The notes: a model not told the origin generated them from the sequence alone. Shown: positions 39,093 through 50,217, counted from the stretch's first letter. The stretch: DNA of 64,000 nucleotides from a virus (IMGVR_UViG_3300033498_000048:224001-288000), one strand, 5' to 3'. Numbers and translations are program-made.

Positions 39093-42000
39093 ATGTTAAA
39101 ATCAATAGTAAATGCTGCTAAAAAAAACTTACCTTCAACTTTAGCAGCTACTGAAAAAATACAAAACCTCAATCCGAAACCATTACTCAATAAACCCGAA
39201 TCTAATGTAGAACCAAAAACAACACTATTATCTAAAATAACTGGAGGTCTTAAAGGAGATACCCATAAACGCATAATAGATGCGTCTAAACCAATTCCAC
39301 AAACTGAATCCAGTGCTAGTAGTACAATCACACGAGTTCCAAATCCACAAAAAAGTGGTGTTCAGCAACCATTCGTAAAAGAGCAAGCTAGGGAAATGCT
39401 CCAAAATAAACGAAAACAACTTGCAAATGAAGTTAAAGAACGACATGATGCTGCCCATGAAAGGGCAATGAGACGGACAACAAAATCCGATTCCATATCT
39501 GTATCTGCTGAATCAAATTCGATAGGCTACTTGGAAGAAATTGCTAAAAATTTAAGGGACATTAAAAAGTTTTTATTCGATAAAGAAGATGATAGTTGCT
39601 CATGTAAAACAATCGGTGATAATATCATGGACAAATTCAAAAGAAATGAACCAGATAAATTGAGAAAGAAATCTCCATATCAAAAAACAATTAATAGGGT
39701 TAAAGATAAAGTTTTTAGTAAAAAAGACTCGTTTGGAAAAATGGCTAAAAAGTCCAGTTCTAAAATGGGGTCTTTATTTGAAAATGTCGGGAAAGCAAAA
39801 AAACTACCAAGTGCCAATTTAGCTAAAGGCGTAACATCAATTGCCACTAAGAGTCCAGTGTTGGGTACAGCAATGCAATCTGCAAAGGGGTTATTTTCTA
39901 GTGGAGGTGCTATTGCTAGAGCAGCTGGAACGATATTGAGATTATCAAGTCCTGCTATGGCTGTTGCAGCAGCTGGATATGCTGGATGGGAATTAGGCAA
40001 GTATATTAACAAATCAATCGAAGGAACTGATATTGGTAAAAAGAAAGATGATTTATTTGATAGTATTTTTGCTGGAATTGATAAAGTCACAGATGGTCTA
40101 ATTGGAGGTGGCTCTGAAATCGCTAAAGGTATGGAAGTCGTTCCATATAAACCAAAAAACAAACCCAGTGTTGTTCCAATAGCTAATCCACAACCAGTAG
40201 CTAGTACACCACCAATTGAACAAAACGAAGTACCTAACACAACACAAACTGAATCCATTAAAGTAACACCGATTGAGCAAAATGGAATACAATCTACTGA
40301 ACAAAATGAAACTCCAGTAGTAAAATCTACTAAAGAAGTGTATAGCTCGGCTAAAAGTTCTTTAGCAAATGTGATTAAGGGAGGTGAAAGTGGTAAAGAG
40401 GGTTATGATGCTTATAATCGTGGAACATCGGGGAATAAAGTTTTAGGTTCGGTTGGACATAGAGATTTACAAAGTATGTCCATTGGTGAAGTTATGGCTG
40501 ACCAAAAACGGAGCAAAGCTGACACTAAACGATTATTTGCTGTTGGTAAGTACCAATTAATTCCAGAAACATTACAATCTGGTGTAAAAGCCCTTGGAAT
40601 GAGTTCCGATACCAAGTTCGATGCTGCAACCCAAGAGAAATTGTTTAGTGATTATTTACTAGACAAAAAAAGACCACAAATATCATCATACATTAAAGAT
40701 AAGGGAGGTTCAGCACAATCAGCACAAATAGCAGCAGCACAAGAATGGGCATCAATAGCTGACCCAAGAACTGGTAAAAGTTTTTATGATAAATCTGGAG
40801 GCAATCATTCATCTATATCGTCCGATAAGATATTAAGCTCAATGAATGCAGCCAAAACTAAGTATAAAGAATTTATAGCTAAGGGAATGTCAGATAACGA
40901 AGCTTATAGTAAAGCTGTTAATAGTACAATGACACAAGATGCTACTGGAGGTGGTACTGTCGCAGGTGGTGGAAACGATGTTACAAAAAAGACAAGTCCA
41001 GATGTTACCACACTAACGAATAAAAGTAAACAAATAAATTCAGATATAAAAGCTCCAAAGCAAGGTGTAAGTCCAGTAACGACTCAACTAACGAATAAAA
41101 GCAATAAAATAAAATCAAATAAAGGTGGATTTGATGTTATGTCTGCTGCACTAGGTTATACTGGAAACACATTAACAGGATTAACTGAAGCTGAAACCAG
41201 AGCGTTAGCTGCTGAAACACAAAGAACTGAATCACAGGGAAAAATAAGTGCTGAAAATGCAAATGGTTATATCGGAAAATACCAATTTGGTTCTGAGGCA
41301 TTAGCTGAGTCTGGGTTAGTTGATAAAGAAAAGGCTATCCAAGCAAAGAAAGCAGCTGGAAATAAAAACTGGTACAATCAAGGTGGACAAAAAGCTTTTT
41401 TAGAAAACGATGCTAATTGGACAATAGCTGGTGGGAAAAAAGCTTTTATGAGTAATTCAGACATACAAGATAAAGCATATTCAGTTTATACAAATAAAAA
41501 CATAAAAGCTGGAATGAAATCTGGAGCAATATCAACTTCTGATTCTCCTGAAAAAATAGCAGCATACACAAAGGCAGCACACTTAAAAGGTGTTGGTGGA
41601 GCTAATAAACTATTCAAACAAGGTGTAGATAGTCAAGATGGTAATGGAACAGGTGCGAAAAAATACGCAACCGATGGAACAAATGCAATAAAAAACTTAG
41701 CTCCACTTGTCCAACAAACGCTTAATACTGGTGGGAAAGTTAGTCCAGTAAAACCTGTAGTATCAGATGGTGCTACACAAATGGGAGATGCTACAACCTT
41801 TACAAAAAATACTAAGGCTAAAGTAACATCTCCAGATAGTCCTAAAAATGGAGGTACAGGTGCGCAAAATGTTGGTAACGTTTCAACTGCAAATTCAATG
41901 GGTTTACGAGTTAAGGGGCAACAAGCAGTTGATGGCGGAAACACTAAAGCTGGTACATTAGCAATGGCTAAAGTTCTACAAGATAATGTTAGTGGAATTA

Positions 42001-43427
42001 AACAATTCACAGCATTTGATGATGGTTATCATCATAGTGCAAAGTATATGGGTGGTAATCCCAAAAAACATTCAGCTCATCACGATGGACGTGCAATGGA
42101 CTTTACACTACAAAATCCAACAAATGCTGCATACGCTAAAGCTGCTGGAGAAGTTAGGGGATTATTAGAAAAAAACAACATCAATGCTAAAGTTATAGAT
42201 GAGGCAAACCATCCATCATCTAAAGCTACAGGGGCGCACATTCATGTCCAACTTGCTACAGATGAAGATGTTGCTAAGGCACACGCTTTATATTCTGGAC
42301 AAGACCCTAGCACAGTTGGAAATAAGGGTGATAAGGGAGCAGTGGAAGCAGCGAAAAAAGGGGAGGACGTTGCTGGTGTCGCTAATAAGGCTATGAACGC
42401 TGATGCACTGGTAACAAATGCAAAAACGGTTACAAGTGATGATAAACTAGGTGAAACAAAAACTAAAAAGCCTAGTGGAACATTAACTAAGACAAAGAAT
42501 AAAAAGAGTGTAATTCCAGGAGGTATAACAAAGAACATAGACACCATAAGTCCAATAGGTGATATGTCAAATATGATTCCAGACGATTTAGGTGAAATAG
42601 ACACACAAATGGCAACAGTCGATTCTGAGCCAATTATTAACAATGTTACACAGGAAGGGTCTGTTACCGAAATTGCTGGTTCTACAAATGTATCAGACTT
42701 AATTGGTAATTCGTCAACATTAGGTATAGACCCAACATTAGGAACAATACAACATCCACTATTTGTTAAAACATTAGATGGTAAATCTGAACCATTAACA
42801 GAAAATGCAACATATAATGATTTAACACGGTCATTTAATCCAAGTCAAAATAACAATTCAGTGATTGGTAACATTACTAAAATGTTTAGTGGAGATAGTA
42901 ATTCAGTAATTGGTGATATTACTAAAATGATTGGGGGTATTGGAGATAGTAACACATTAATCAAATCTATTGGAAATGTAATAACTGATACATCGAATCC
43001 ATCATTAAATGGAATAACACGACCATTTTCACCTGAAAACAATAACATCTTTGAGAAGTCCAATTCAACAATAATAAACTCAGTTAATAAGCCTAGTAAT
43101 GGATTATTATCTAATATTGTTGATGGAGATAGAATGGGTAGAGCTAATAAAATGGAATCACTATCAATTAATAATAGTTTAGAAAGAATAGACAAACCTA
43201 AAACGAGTGATATTGTTGGAAATGTGACATTTGAATCAGAAATGGAAAAATCTAAATCTGGTAATAACAAACCTATTGTAGTCCCAATTCCAATACAGCA
43301 ACAGGTGTCTAGTGGACAACAAAATCCAACCACACAAGGACATTCAAAACCTCCGTTGATAGTTAGAACACAAGATAGTGCAATACGAAGGTTGACCGAT
43401 GGAATTTTAAGTTATGGATTAACCTGA
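39093..43427 (+). CDS. tape-measure/baseplate-hub protein with two lysozyme-like domains and an M15-type peptidase domain
   Basis: 1444 aa after gp26/gp51; GGESG...GKYQLIP; RTES...GKYQFG; HH...AHHDGRAMDF...AHIHVQ. Confidence 0.75.
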   Translation: MLKSIVNAAKKNLPSTLAATEKIQNLNPKPLLNKPESNVEPKTTLLSKITGGLKGDTHKRIIDASKPIPQTESSASSTITRVPNPQKSGVQQPFVKEQAREMLQNKRKQLANEVKERHDAAHERAMRRTTKSDSISVSAESNSIGYLEEIAKNLRDIKKFLFDKEDDSCSCKTIGDNIMDKFKRNEPDKLRKKSPYQKTINRVKDKVFSKKDSFGKMAKKSSSKMGSLFENVGKAKKLPSANLAKGVTSIATKSPVLGTAMQSAKGLFSSGGAIARAAGTILRLSSPAMAVAAAGYAGWELGKYINKSIEGTDIGKKKDDLFDSIFAGIDKVTDGLIGGGSEIAKGMEVVPYKPKNKPSVVPIANPQPVASTPPIEQNEVPNTTQTESIKVTPIEQNGIQSTEQNETPVVKSTKEVYSSAKSSLANVIKGGESGKEGYDAYNRGTSGNKVLGSVGHRDLQSMSIGEVMADQKRSKADTKRLFAVGKYQLIPETLQSGVKALGMSSDTKFDAATQEKLFSDYLLDKKRPQISSYIKDKGGSAQSAQIAAAQEWASIADPRTGKSFYDKSGGNHSSISSDKILSSMNAAKTKYKEFIAKGMSDNEAYSKAVNSTMTQDATGGGTVAGGGNDVTKKTSPDVTTLTNKSKQINSDIKAPKQGVSPVTTQLTNKSNKIKSNKGGFDVMSAALGYTGNTLTGLTEAETRALAAETQRTESQGKISAENANGYIGKYQFGSEALAESGLVDKEKAIQAKKAAGNKNWYNQGGQKAFLENDANWTIAGGKKAFMSNSDIQDKAYSVYTNKNIKAGMKSGAISTSDSPEKIAAYTKAAHLKGVGGANKLFKQGVDSQDGNGTGAKKYATDGTNAIKNLAPLVQQTLNTGGKVSPVKPVVSDGATQMGDATTFTKNTKAKVTSPDSPKNGGTGAQNVGNVSTANSMGLRVKGQQAVDGGNTKAGTLAMAKVLQDNVSGIKQFTAFDDGYHHSAKYMGGNPKKHSAHHDGRAMDFTLQNPTNAAYAKAAGEVRGLLEKNNINAKVIDEANHPSSKATGAHIHVQLATDEDVAKAHALYSGQDPSTVGNKGDKGAVEAAKKGEDVAGVANKAMNADALVTNAKTVTSDDKLGETKTKKPSGTLTKTKNKKSVIPGGITKNIDTISPIGDMSNMIPDDLGEIDTQMATVDSEPIINNVTQEGSVTEIAGSTNVSDLIGNSSTLGIDPTLGTIQHPLFVKTLDGKSEPLTENATYNDLTRSFNPSQNNNSVIGNITKMFSGDSNSVIGDITKMIGGIGDSNTLIKSIGNVITDTSNPSLNGITRPFSPENNNIFEKSNSTIINSVNKPSNGLLSNIVDGDRMGRANKMESLSINNSLERIDKPKTSDIVGNVTFESEMEKSKSGNNKPIVVPIPIQQQVSSGQQNPTTQGHSKPPLIVRTQDSAIRRLTDGILSYGLT

Positions 43428-43798
43428 TTAACCCAATCAGTATTTCGTATATTGTGAATTGAAGATTGTAGGAGTGAGTATAATTCAGTTGAAATATTAT
43501 CATCTTGGATTTCACACACTCCTATAAAACTTAATATTGTGTACAGTATTCTAAACTCTTCAACGTCCAATAATATATCAAACAATTTCAACACAGTATC
43601 TAATTCAAAGACATTAATTGAAATTATCACATTATTCAATAATAACCTTTCGTTTATTACATTTTTATCAATATATCTCCTAATCATTTTTCGTATTATG
43701 AATAAGTGGTATATGTCTCGTTTACACGTTGCTTCAAACACCACACAATTCTTGGACATAATTGCAATCTGAAATAAGTTTTCCCGTACACTAGACAT
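43412..43798 (-). CDS. conserved T4-like hypothetical protein
   Basis: RKMIRRY.....INERLLLNNVII..NVF motif typical of T4-like phage conserved ORFs. Confidence 0.7.
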   Translation of the reverse strand: MSSVRENLFQIAIMSKNCVVFEATCKRDIYHLFIIRKMIRRYIDKNVINERLLLNNVIISINVFELDTVLKLFDILLDVEEFRILYTILSFIGVCEIQDDNISTELYSLLQSSIHNIRNTDWVNQVNP

Positions 43799-44164
43799 TT
43801 AATTTTTTGCTTTTGATTTAGGTTTTGTTATTGATTTCACTGCATCTATTGCAATATCTGACGTTGGCATTGTAATAATGTTATTGTCTGCTAAAAAGTT
43901 CAATTTAGCATCATCATCCTCAACTATAGGTCGTGTTGTTACCTCAATTATTTCAACAGCATTGGACGTTGGTTGTTCATTAATCTCAACAGCTTCAACA
44001 GTAACAGAATTGGACGTTGTTTGTATTAAATATGGACGATTTGGAACATATCCAACAACAGGGTTTGCAAGCCCCCTAATACTAACTAGCAATTCACCAG
44101 TTTTTGGCAAAAACCATCCAAACTCACTTGGTAACGCATCTTTATGTGGTTTTCTTTGTAACAT
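43799..44164 (-). CDS. conserved T4-like hypothetical protein
   Basis: A.PS..GW..PKTGELLVS.RGL; late promoter at 44202-44209. Confidence 0.65.
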   Translation of the reverse strand: MLQRKPHKDALPSEFGWFLPKTGELLVSIRGLANPVVGYVPNRPYLIQTTSNSVTVEAVEINEQPTSNAVEIIEVTTRPIVEDDDAKLNFLADNNIITMPTSDIAIDAVKSITKPKSKAKN

Positions 44165-44229
44165 ATTTGTTTCCTATAGTAATTGATTCATTATTAATGT
44201 ATATTTATACAGTCACTTAATAGTATAAA

Positions 44230-44258
44230 TTGACAACTCTACTAATAAATAATATAAT
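44230..44258 (+). promoter_or_regulatory. consensus sigma70 promoter for primase
   Basis: TTGACA-N17-TATAAT. Confidence 0.8.
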
Positions 44259-44267
44259 ATTTTATTT

Positions 44268-45344
44268 ATGGTTGGAAATGATATGGACCATGTTGATGTT
44301 AAATATGTTTTGCTATTAAGCTCAAGGTTAGATAGATTCAAAGAAAGTGGAAACAATGTTTATAATTTTAGGTGTCCATTTTGTGGTGATAGTAAAACCA
44401 ACAAAGTTAAAGCAAGGGGGTACATATATCCCAATAATGGAAACTTGTCATATCGGTGTCACAATTGTGGATATTCAATAAAACTACAAACATTCATCAA
44501 AGAGTTGGACATTGGATTATATACAGAATACAAACTTGAAAAGTTCGGCAATTTCAAAAGAATTATTACTAAGCCAGAGCCTACAAGAATTGAGTTCAAA
44601 CGTAGTGATAATCAATTAAGGTTGGAACGAAATATGATATTAACCGATTGTGTTGCAATATCAAATATTGGAGATACACATCCATTAAAACCAATTAAAG
44701 ATTATGTTATTAACAGAAAAATACCTGAGAAGTATTACAGTCAAATATTCGCAACATCAAGCATTTCAAACATTTCTAAAAAAATTGAAAAGTATCAAAA
44801 TATAATGTTCCCAGAATTTCCATCATTGGTTATTCCGTTTTATAGTGAAACTGGAATGATAGACTATATCCAATGTAGGAGGCTTGATGTTGTTGATGAT
44901 GGATTAAGATATACTACATTTGAACTAGATAGTATCGCTATGAAAATATGGGGATTGAATAGTGTTAATTGGAACAATAGAATTTATTTATTTGAGGGTC
45001 CAATTGATGCTATGTGTGTTGATAATGCGTTAGCAATGGCAGGTGTATCACAATCTATCGTATTAAGTTATTTATTATCTAAACAACCAAACAAACATAA
45101 CATTTGCATTTGCTACGATAGTGATTATAAAACAAATTCTGATATATTGCGGGAATTACATCGTAGAATTGACTCTGGATATTCAGTAATCATTTATGAT
45201 AAACAATTTATATGGAAAGATATTAATGCTGCTATTGAAAAGGGCAACTGGACACATAATGAAATCAAAGAATATTTAGAAAATAGAACATTTAAAGGTA
45301 TGAAAGCTAAACTTGAATTATCTAAACAATTAAATAGGAAATAA
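44268..45344 (+). CDS. gp61: DNA primase
   Basis: FRCPFCGDS....KARGY, CHNCG, LVIPF, LFEGPIDAM, YDSD, WKDIN. Confidence 0.97.
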   Translation: MVGNDMDHVDVKYVLLLSSRLDRFKESGNNVYNFRCPFCGDSKTNKVKARGYIYPNNGNLSYRCHNCGYSIKLQTFIKELDIGLYTEYKLEKFGNFKRIITKPEPTRIEFKRSDNQLRLERNMILTDCVAISNIGDTHPLKPIKDYVINRKIPEKYYSQIFATSSISNISKKIEKYQNIMFPEFPSLVIPFYSETGMIDYIQCRRLDVVDDGLRYTTFELDSIAMKIWGLNSVNWNNRIYLFEGPIDAMCVDNALAMAGVSQSIVLSYLLSKQPNKHNICICYDSDYKTNSDILRELHRRIDSGYSVIIYDKQFIWKDINAAIEKGNWTHNEIKEYLENRTFKGMKAKLELSKQLNRK

Positions 45345-45401
45345 CAAGGGTGTTCACACATCAATAAAAATATTCCAAATGATATGTGAACACCAGAATA
45401 A

Positions 45402-46430
45402 CTAATTAAATATCCGACTTGGACGATATTTGATACCATCAATACATATTGATATATTGACATTGCGAATCGAATCACAATTCAAGGTTGGAGTAATTGA
45501 AGTTGCCACAAGTATTTTATTACAACCTATTACTTTATAGTGATATTTTGAATTGTTAGTATATCTAATAGACCCATCTTTTAATTCTTTGTAATAGCCA
45601 ATAGTATTTTCATCGCCAATTATTGAATATTTTACATCGTGTTTATTTGATGTACAAAATCCAATAATATCATATGTCGATACATTACCATAATAACAAA
45701 TGTCTTTTGCTAAATTAACAAATTTTAGTGGGTCTTTAATATCAGGTACAACAACGTTTGAATCCGTATATTCAATAACATTCGGCTTTGTGAGTATTAA
45801 TATATCGCCATTTGATGATGCCTTATGTAGTTTGCCATCTTCAACAATTACAAATATGTAATACTTTTTAGGTGTAATTGTTAATTCCATAGTACGGTTG
45901 TGATAATTATCAGATTTACATTCTTCTCTAATAATATGAAATGCACCAAGATATTGTAATATCTTTTCACTAGAATCTACATATAACTTATTTACTGTTA
46001 AAACCGTATTTTTAGATGTGACTGAAATAGTTGTGGATTTAACTGCATTTAAATATGGCTCTGACCCCTCTGGTAACAGCACTGGTTTACCTGAATCAAA
46101 AGACAATATACACCTACCCTGGATTGTGCCATTCTTGATGGAAGCGTTTTTAATCACTTCCATCATATTACCTGAATATATCTCAAATTCAAAGCCTCTT
46201 GGGTCCAAGACTCTCCAAACAACATTTGATGTTGTCCATCGGGATATATTGTCTCGTATGATATACCCATCTAACAATTCATTTAAATAAGTGACACCTT
46301 CAGAAATTTCAGCCCAATTTAATCCAGTTGATTTTCGTTTTTGGAAAGCAGAATTATCTTCTTGATATGTCACATAAGCCAAACCCGATGTTTCACGCAT
46401 GGCTACGAATATTTCTTTTGGTATTTTCAT
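45402..46430 (-). CDS. conserved hypothetical protein
   Basis: GLAYVTY...KRK.TG..WA, WRVLDPRGFEFEI. Confidence 0.65.
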   Translation of the reverse strand: MKIPKEIFVAMRETSGLAYVTYQEDNSAFQKRKSTGLNWAEISEGVTYLNELLDGYIIRDNISRWTTSNVVWRVLDPRGFEFEIYSGNMMEVIKNASIKNGTIQGRCILSFDSGKPVLLPEGSEPYLNAVKSTTISVTSKNTVLTVNKLYVDSSEKILQYLGAFHIIREECKSDNYHNRTMELTITPKKYYIFVIVEDGKLHKASSNGDILILTKPNVIEYTDSNVVVPDIKDPLKFVNLAKDICYYGNVSTYDIIGFCTSNKHDVKYSIIGDENTIGYYKELKDGSIRYTNNSKYHYKVIGCNKILVATSITPTLNCDSIRNVNISICIDGIKYRPSRIFN

Positions 46431-46516
46431 AATATTAAATCCAGGATTGAGTTAAATTCATGCCAACACCAGCAATTTGAGGTTGGTGTGTCTGCATAAT
46501 TGCTTTGTTTGATTAA

Positions 46517-47374
46517 TTACCATAAGCTATCTTTTAATATTTTAACTAATTGGTGTTTAACTAAATATTTGTAAGTTTTAGACCTATTTGATTGTGTAAT
46601 TAAATAGGTTTCCAGTATATCGGTTACAATAGCCTCTGGAATCCTTTGTAAGTCAATTAGTGTTTGATTCCGTTGTAACTTTACAATTTCATCAATTGAA
46701 CAACAAAATTCTTCAGGTTTATTTAAACCATACTCACGCCACACCTTAAGTTTTAATGCTGATATTGGTTTACACCTTTTACCTTCAACCAAAAATACGT
46801 CATCATCAGATAAGAAGTTTGGTATTCCATCACTCGCATCGCCTTTTACAATATGCTCAAATAAATCATATTTACTATCCACAACGTTAATAAAATCTTT
46901 TCGTTTTAATGAAAATTGTTTGATATTTGGATTGATGTTTTGTAATTGTAAGAAGTCGTTGTCCGATGATATGATTACAATATCTTTAGTATTACCGTAA
47001 GCAATAGATAAGGTGGCAATTATATCGTCAGCCTCAGCTTTATTTATTTCAATTACTTTAAATGGAGACGACTCTTTAAATTCTTCTTTTAATTGGTTAA
47101 AATGTATAAAAAATGAATCCCAATCAAATGATGATTCTTGCCTAGCCTGTTTTCGATTTCGCTTATAATTTGGAAACACATTATGTCGCCAGTATGAACG
47201 ACTGTCCAAGCACAGTACAATTTCATCTGCTTGTTTTGATAATTTAGATTTCACACTAAGGATATAACTTAAGACTATGTGCCTTAATAAGTTCATATCA
47301 ATTTCTTGTTTTGTTTTTGTCGAATAATCAATTGCAGAACTCATTGCAATTTGACTAAAATCAAATAATAGCAT
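46517..47374 (-). CDS. rnh: RNase H / 5'-3' exonuclease
   Basis: DFSQIA, CLDS..YWR..VFP.YK.NR, EADDII, ISSD.DF.QL, KGDASDGIPN. Confidence 0.97.
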   Translation of the reverse strand: MLLFDFSQIAMSSAIDYSTKTKQEIDMNLLRHIVLSYILSVKSKLSKQADEIVLCLDSRSYWRHNVFPNYKRNRKQARQESSFDWDSFFIHFNQLKEEFKESSPFKVIEINKAEADDIIATLSIAYGNTKDIVIISSDNDFLQLQNINPNIKQFSLKRKDFINVVDSKYDLFEHIVKGDASDGIPNFLSDDDVFLVEGKRCKPISALKLKVWREYGLNKPEEFCCSIDEIVKLQRNQTLIDLQRIPEAIVTDILETYLITQSNRSKTYKYLVKHQLVKILKDSLW

Positions 47375-47559
47375 TTGTAAATAACCTTATAATAGTTTAT
47401 GTTGTATGTTCCATTGTAACAGCTACATTGTGTTTAGTCAAAATGATATTCTTAGCTTTAAACCAATAGAACTCTGGAACTTCTTTAAATCCATCACTTT
47501 TAGCTAAATTATATGCTGTTAATTTAATTTGCTCAACAAATGAGATTAATCCACATCGT

Positions 47560-47799
47560 TTACTCATCCATTACTTCCTGTAACATTTTAATACCAGTTA
47601 CCAATTTAAACTTCATAATTTCGTATTCACCTGGACTTAATTGTTTAGCATTTAATTCCAAATCAGTCAAGTTCAAATATAATAAATCTAAATTGTATCT
47701 ACTGTGATTTAATATCAATTCTGGATAACCATTCGTGTTACTTACAATCCACTTACTATGTAAAATGTTTAATAAATGTATAGTCCATAAATTTATCAT
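47560..47799 (-). CDS. hypothetical protein
   Basis: 79-aa ORF. Confidence 0.45.
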   Translation of the reverse strand: MINLWTIHLLNILHSKWIVSNTNGYPELILNHSRYNLDLLYLNLTDLELNAKQLSPGEYEIMKFKLVTGIKMLQEVMDE

Positions 47800-47993
47800 T
47801 CACAATTCTATCTCGTCTTTATGTGCATATACCCGTTTTTTACCATCAATGGAAACTATTATATAATTTCCAGAACCATTAAATGTTAATAACACCGTTA
47901 CTGATTCACCTTGTTTAAATGTACCTTTAGTCCCATTTATTTCAACTAATACCTTTGCCACTATTGCAGTCTCCTTAATTTTGTTATTTTATC

Positions 47994-48317
47994 CTAATTT
48001 AAAATCATTGATGGGTCTAAAAATGTACCATCATCATCTTCAACATCACAATACTCTGCTGGCATTATTATCACAAGGATTGTAGTATCGTGAATTATCT
48101 TTTCAAGTGGAATTTTAATAAATTGTTTATTTAGTATTGCTTGTTCCAATAGTTGTATCACTTTATGCCTATGTGATGTTGGAACATCATCTAAACTGGT
48201 TAAAATCTCATGAATCAATATCGGTTTCGATGTGTTCCAATATTTTAACCAAATCAAGATTACTAACATACAACAACAAATTATTAAAGGTGGATTAGCT
48301 ATTATCATATTCAACAT
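47994..48317 (-). CDS. hypothetical protein with N-terminal TM
   Basis: 107-aa ORF overlapping the macrodomain stop. Confidence 0.5.
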   Translation of the reverse strand: MLNMIIANPPLIICCCMLVILIWLKYWNTSKPILIHEILTSLDDVPTSHRHKVIQLLEQAILNKQFIKIPLEKIIHDTTILVIIMPAEYCDVEDDDGTFLDPSMILN

Positions 48318-48741
48318 AAGTAACGTCCTTTAAATGCTTATCTATTAATGTTGATATGTATCTCCAATCACCACCACCTAAGCCAGCTCCAATTTTCGGA
48401 ATACCAATTCGCATATTTCCAAATTCTTTAGCAACAGCGATTAAACAATTCTCAATTGCAGTATAATTCGTTTTGGAGTGTTTTCCATTCCAATGATATT
48501 GTGTATAACAATTTACAATTGTTAATTCATGTTTATCTATATTTGCTAATGAATATGACCCCAACTTGGACTTATCACCTTTAATGGTTTTACAATCAGC
48601 TCGGTATGCTTTTGGAAACTCATTTTTTATTGTCAATGCAATTCCAGCCCCAAAATTACAAAAACAATTACATCCATGTAATATGACATCAAATTGTTTT
48701 TGTTTCGCTAATGTAATTAAATTCCCTTTGATAGTTTTCAT
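48295..48741 (-). CDS. macrodomain (ADP-ribose binding/hydrolase) protein
   Basis: KGNL, HGCNCF..FGAGIA..IK, NCYTQ, PKIGAGLGGGDW. Confidence 0.93.
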   Translation of the reverse strand: MKTIKGNLITLAKQKQFDVILHGCNCFCNFGAGIALTIKNEFPKAYRADCKTIKGDKSKLGSYSLANIDKHELTIVNCYTQYHWNGKHSKTNYTAIENCLIAVAKEFGNMRIGIPKIGAGLGGGDWRYISTLIDKHLKDVTYVEYDNS

Positions 48742-48822
48742 TTTTAATGTTCACTCCCATTGATAATTCGTATTAAACGTAGACAAGTAATAATCTATTT
48801 GCATTATATTCTCCATAGGTTA

Positions 48823-50217
48823 TTAACTTAAAATTGTACCTTGTTTGATTCCTAGTTCAATGGCTAACACTTCATCAAGAGTATTGGCTTTGTTTTTATC
48901 GGGTCTTGATTCATCCCATCTAGGATGTAATAGTCCATATCCATCCTTTGACACTGATATACCAGAACATTCAACTTGTAATATGGTATCAATTAAGGAA
49001 TCCATTTCATTAGTTATTTGTGTCATTAATTTTTCATTAATACCTGCTGCTGCTGCAACTAATTTACCATCTTCAGTTTCAACTATAACAGAACTAATAA
49101 CGTGTTCATTTTTAGTTCCCTTTGTTCCATATTTAAAACCTTTGATTTTCATATCAACAACAAAATCAAGTTTGAATTTAATTTGATACGATGGTTTTCC
49201 ATCTTTCCAAGCACCTGACAACCCTTTTAATATTGTACCTTCTTTCCCACTAGAAATCTTGTCTTGGAAATCAGCATTAGCTTCTTCCAACGATTTAACA
49301 ACTTTTGAGTCAACTAATTTCAACTTAGGTGAATTTACTCTTGTTACAATGTCAGACAAAAGTTCAAATCGTTCTGAATAAGGTGTGGAACTATATGTCT
49401 TGTCATATTCGTCTAAAGTTATAATATCCCAACAAACATATACGATTTTAGATTGGGCATCTGAAATAGACATTCCATATTCTAATTCAAATTCAGAAAT
49501 CTCTTTTACAACTGAAATTCCAGATGTAATCTTTTTATTAATTGAAATCACACTTGCAATTATTCCATTTGAAGTGTAACGTGAAATCCCTTCGATTATC
49601 AATTCACCATTAAGCACGATGTTATCAACAAACTTTGTTAAAAAATCGAATTGATTGCCTATTAGGGTTTCTTCGCCTCCACGACTTTCAATCAATACAT
49701 CGTTAGGTGTTACAATACAATTTCCATATCGTCCATCTATTTTCTCTTGACTGACAGCTCCTTGTTTGTCGTTTTTAATAAGGTTTAGAATCTTTTTAAC
49801 ATTGTATGGAATTGCACCCATATATGGAGTTTCTTCTATTAAATCTTTCCAAACCTTATTTACTATTGATACACCAACACCACATTTCAAATCACCTTTA
49901 ATAATCAATTCCAGCACCTGAGCATCGTCTGAACTAACAGATGCTAATAGTGTGTGAAGATGTGCTAGTGCTTCATTTCCAGTCTTTTGTCTTGAACTTA
50001 AAACATTTAATTCAGACATAGCATATTTTAATGAAATTGGATTAGTTAAGGTTCCAGCAACATATTCTGGAACCTTTCTAATATAAAACTTAATCCGTGG
50101 ACTTAAGGCTAAATAAACAACTTCTTTAAGTAGCTCATTATTAACTTCAAGCTGAACCCTAGCAAGTTTTTTCTTAATTGAACTTATCGACTTTAACTCT
50201 TTAAATATTTGTAACAT
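48823..50217 (-). CDS. gp30: ATP-dependent DNA ligase
   Basis: QEKIDGRY (motif I), LNGELI, EGTILK, W..GK...QIK.K, LLHPRW...R.DK..AN. Confidence 0.97.
   Translation of the reverse strand: MLQIFKELKSISSIKKKLARVQLEVNNELLKEVVYLALSPRIKFYIRKVPEYVAGTLTNPISLKYAMSELNVLSSRQKTGNEALAHLHTLLASVSSDDAQVLELIIKGDLKCGVGVSIVNKVWKDLIEETPYMGAIPYNVKKILNLIKNDKQGAVSQEKIDGRYGNCIVTPNDVLIESRGGEETLIGNQFDFLTKFVDNIVLNGELIIEGISRYTSNGIIASVISINKKITSGISVVKEISEFELEYGMSISDAQSKIVYVCWDIITLDEYDKTYSSTPYSERFELLSDIVTRVNSPKLKLVDSKVVKSLEEANADFQDKISSGKEGTILKGLSGAWKDGKPSYQIKFKLDFVVDMKIKGFKYGTKGTKNEHVISSVIVETEDGKLVAAAAGINEKLMTQITNEMDSLIDTILQVECSGISVSKDGYGLLHPRWDESRPDKNKANTLDEVLAIELGIKQGTILS

Noticed and set aside
39228-43333. Antisense ORFs inside the tape-measure gene (e.g. 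39680-40258, 41633-42010, 42845-43333) and similar shadows in DUF4815, gp8 and ligase
   Set aside because: They are fully nested opposite long conserved genes, have low-complexity translations and lack an RBS; they are codon-bias shadows.
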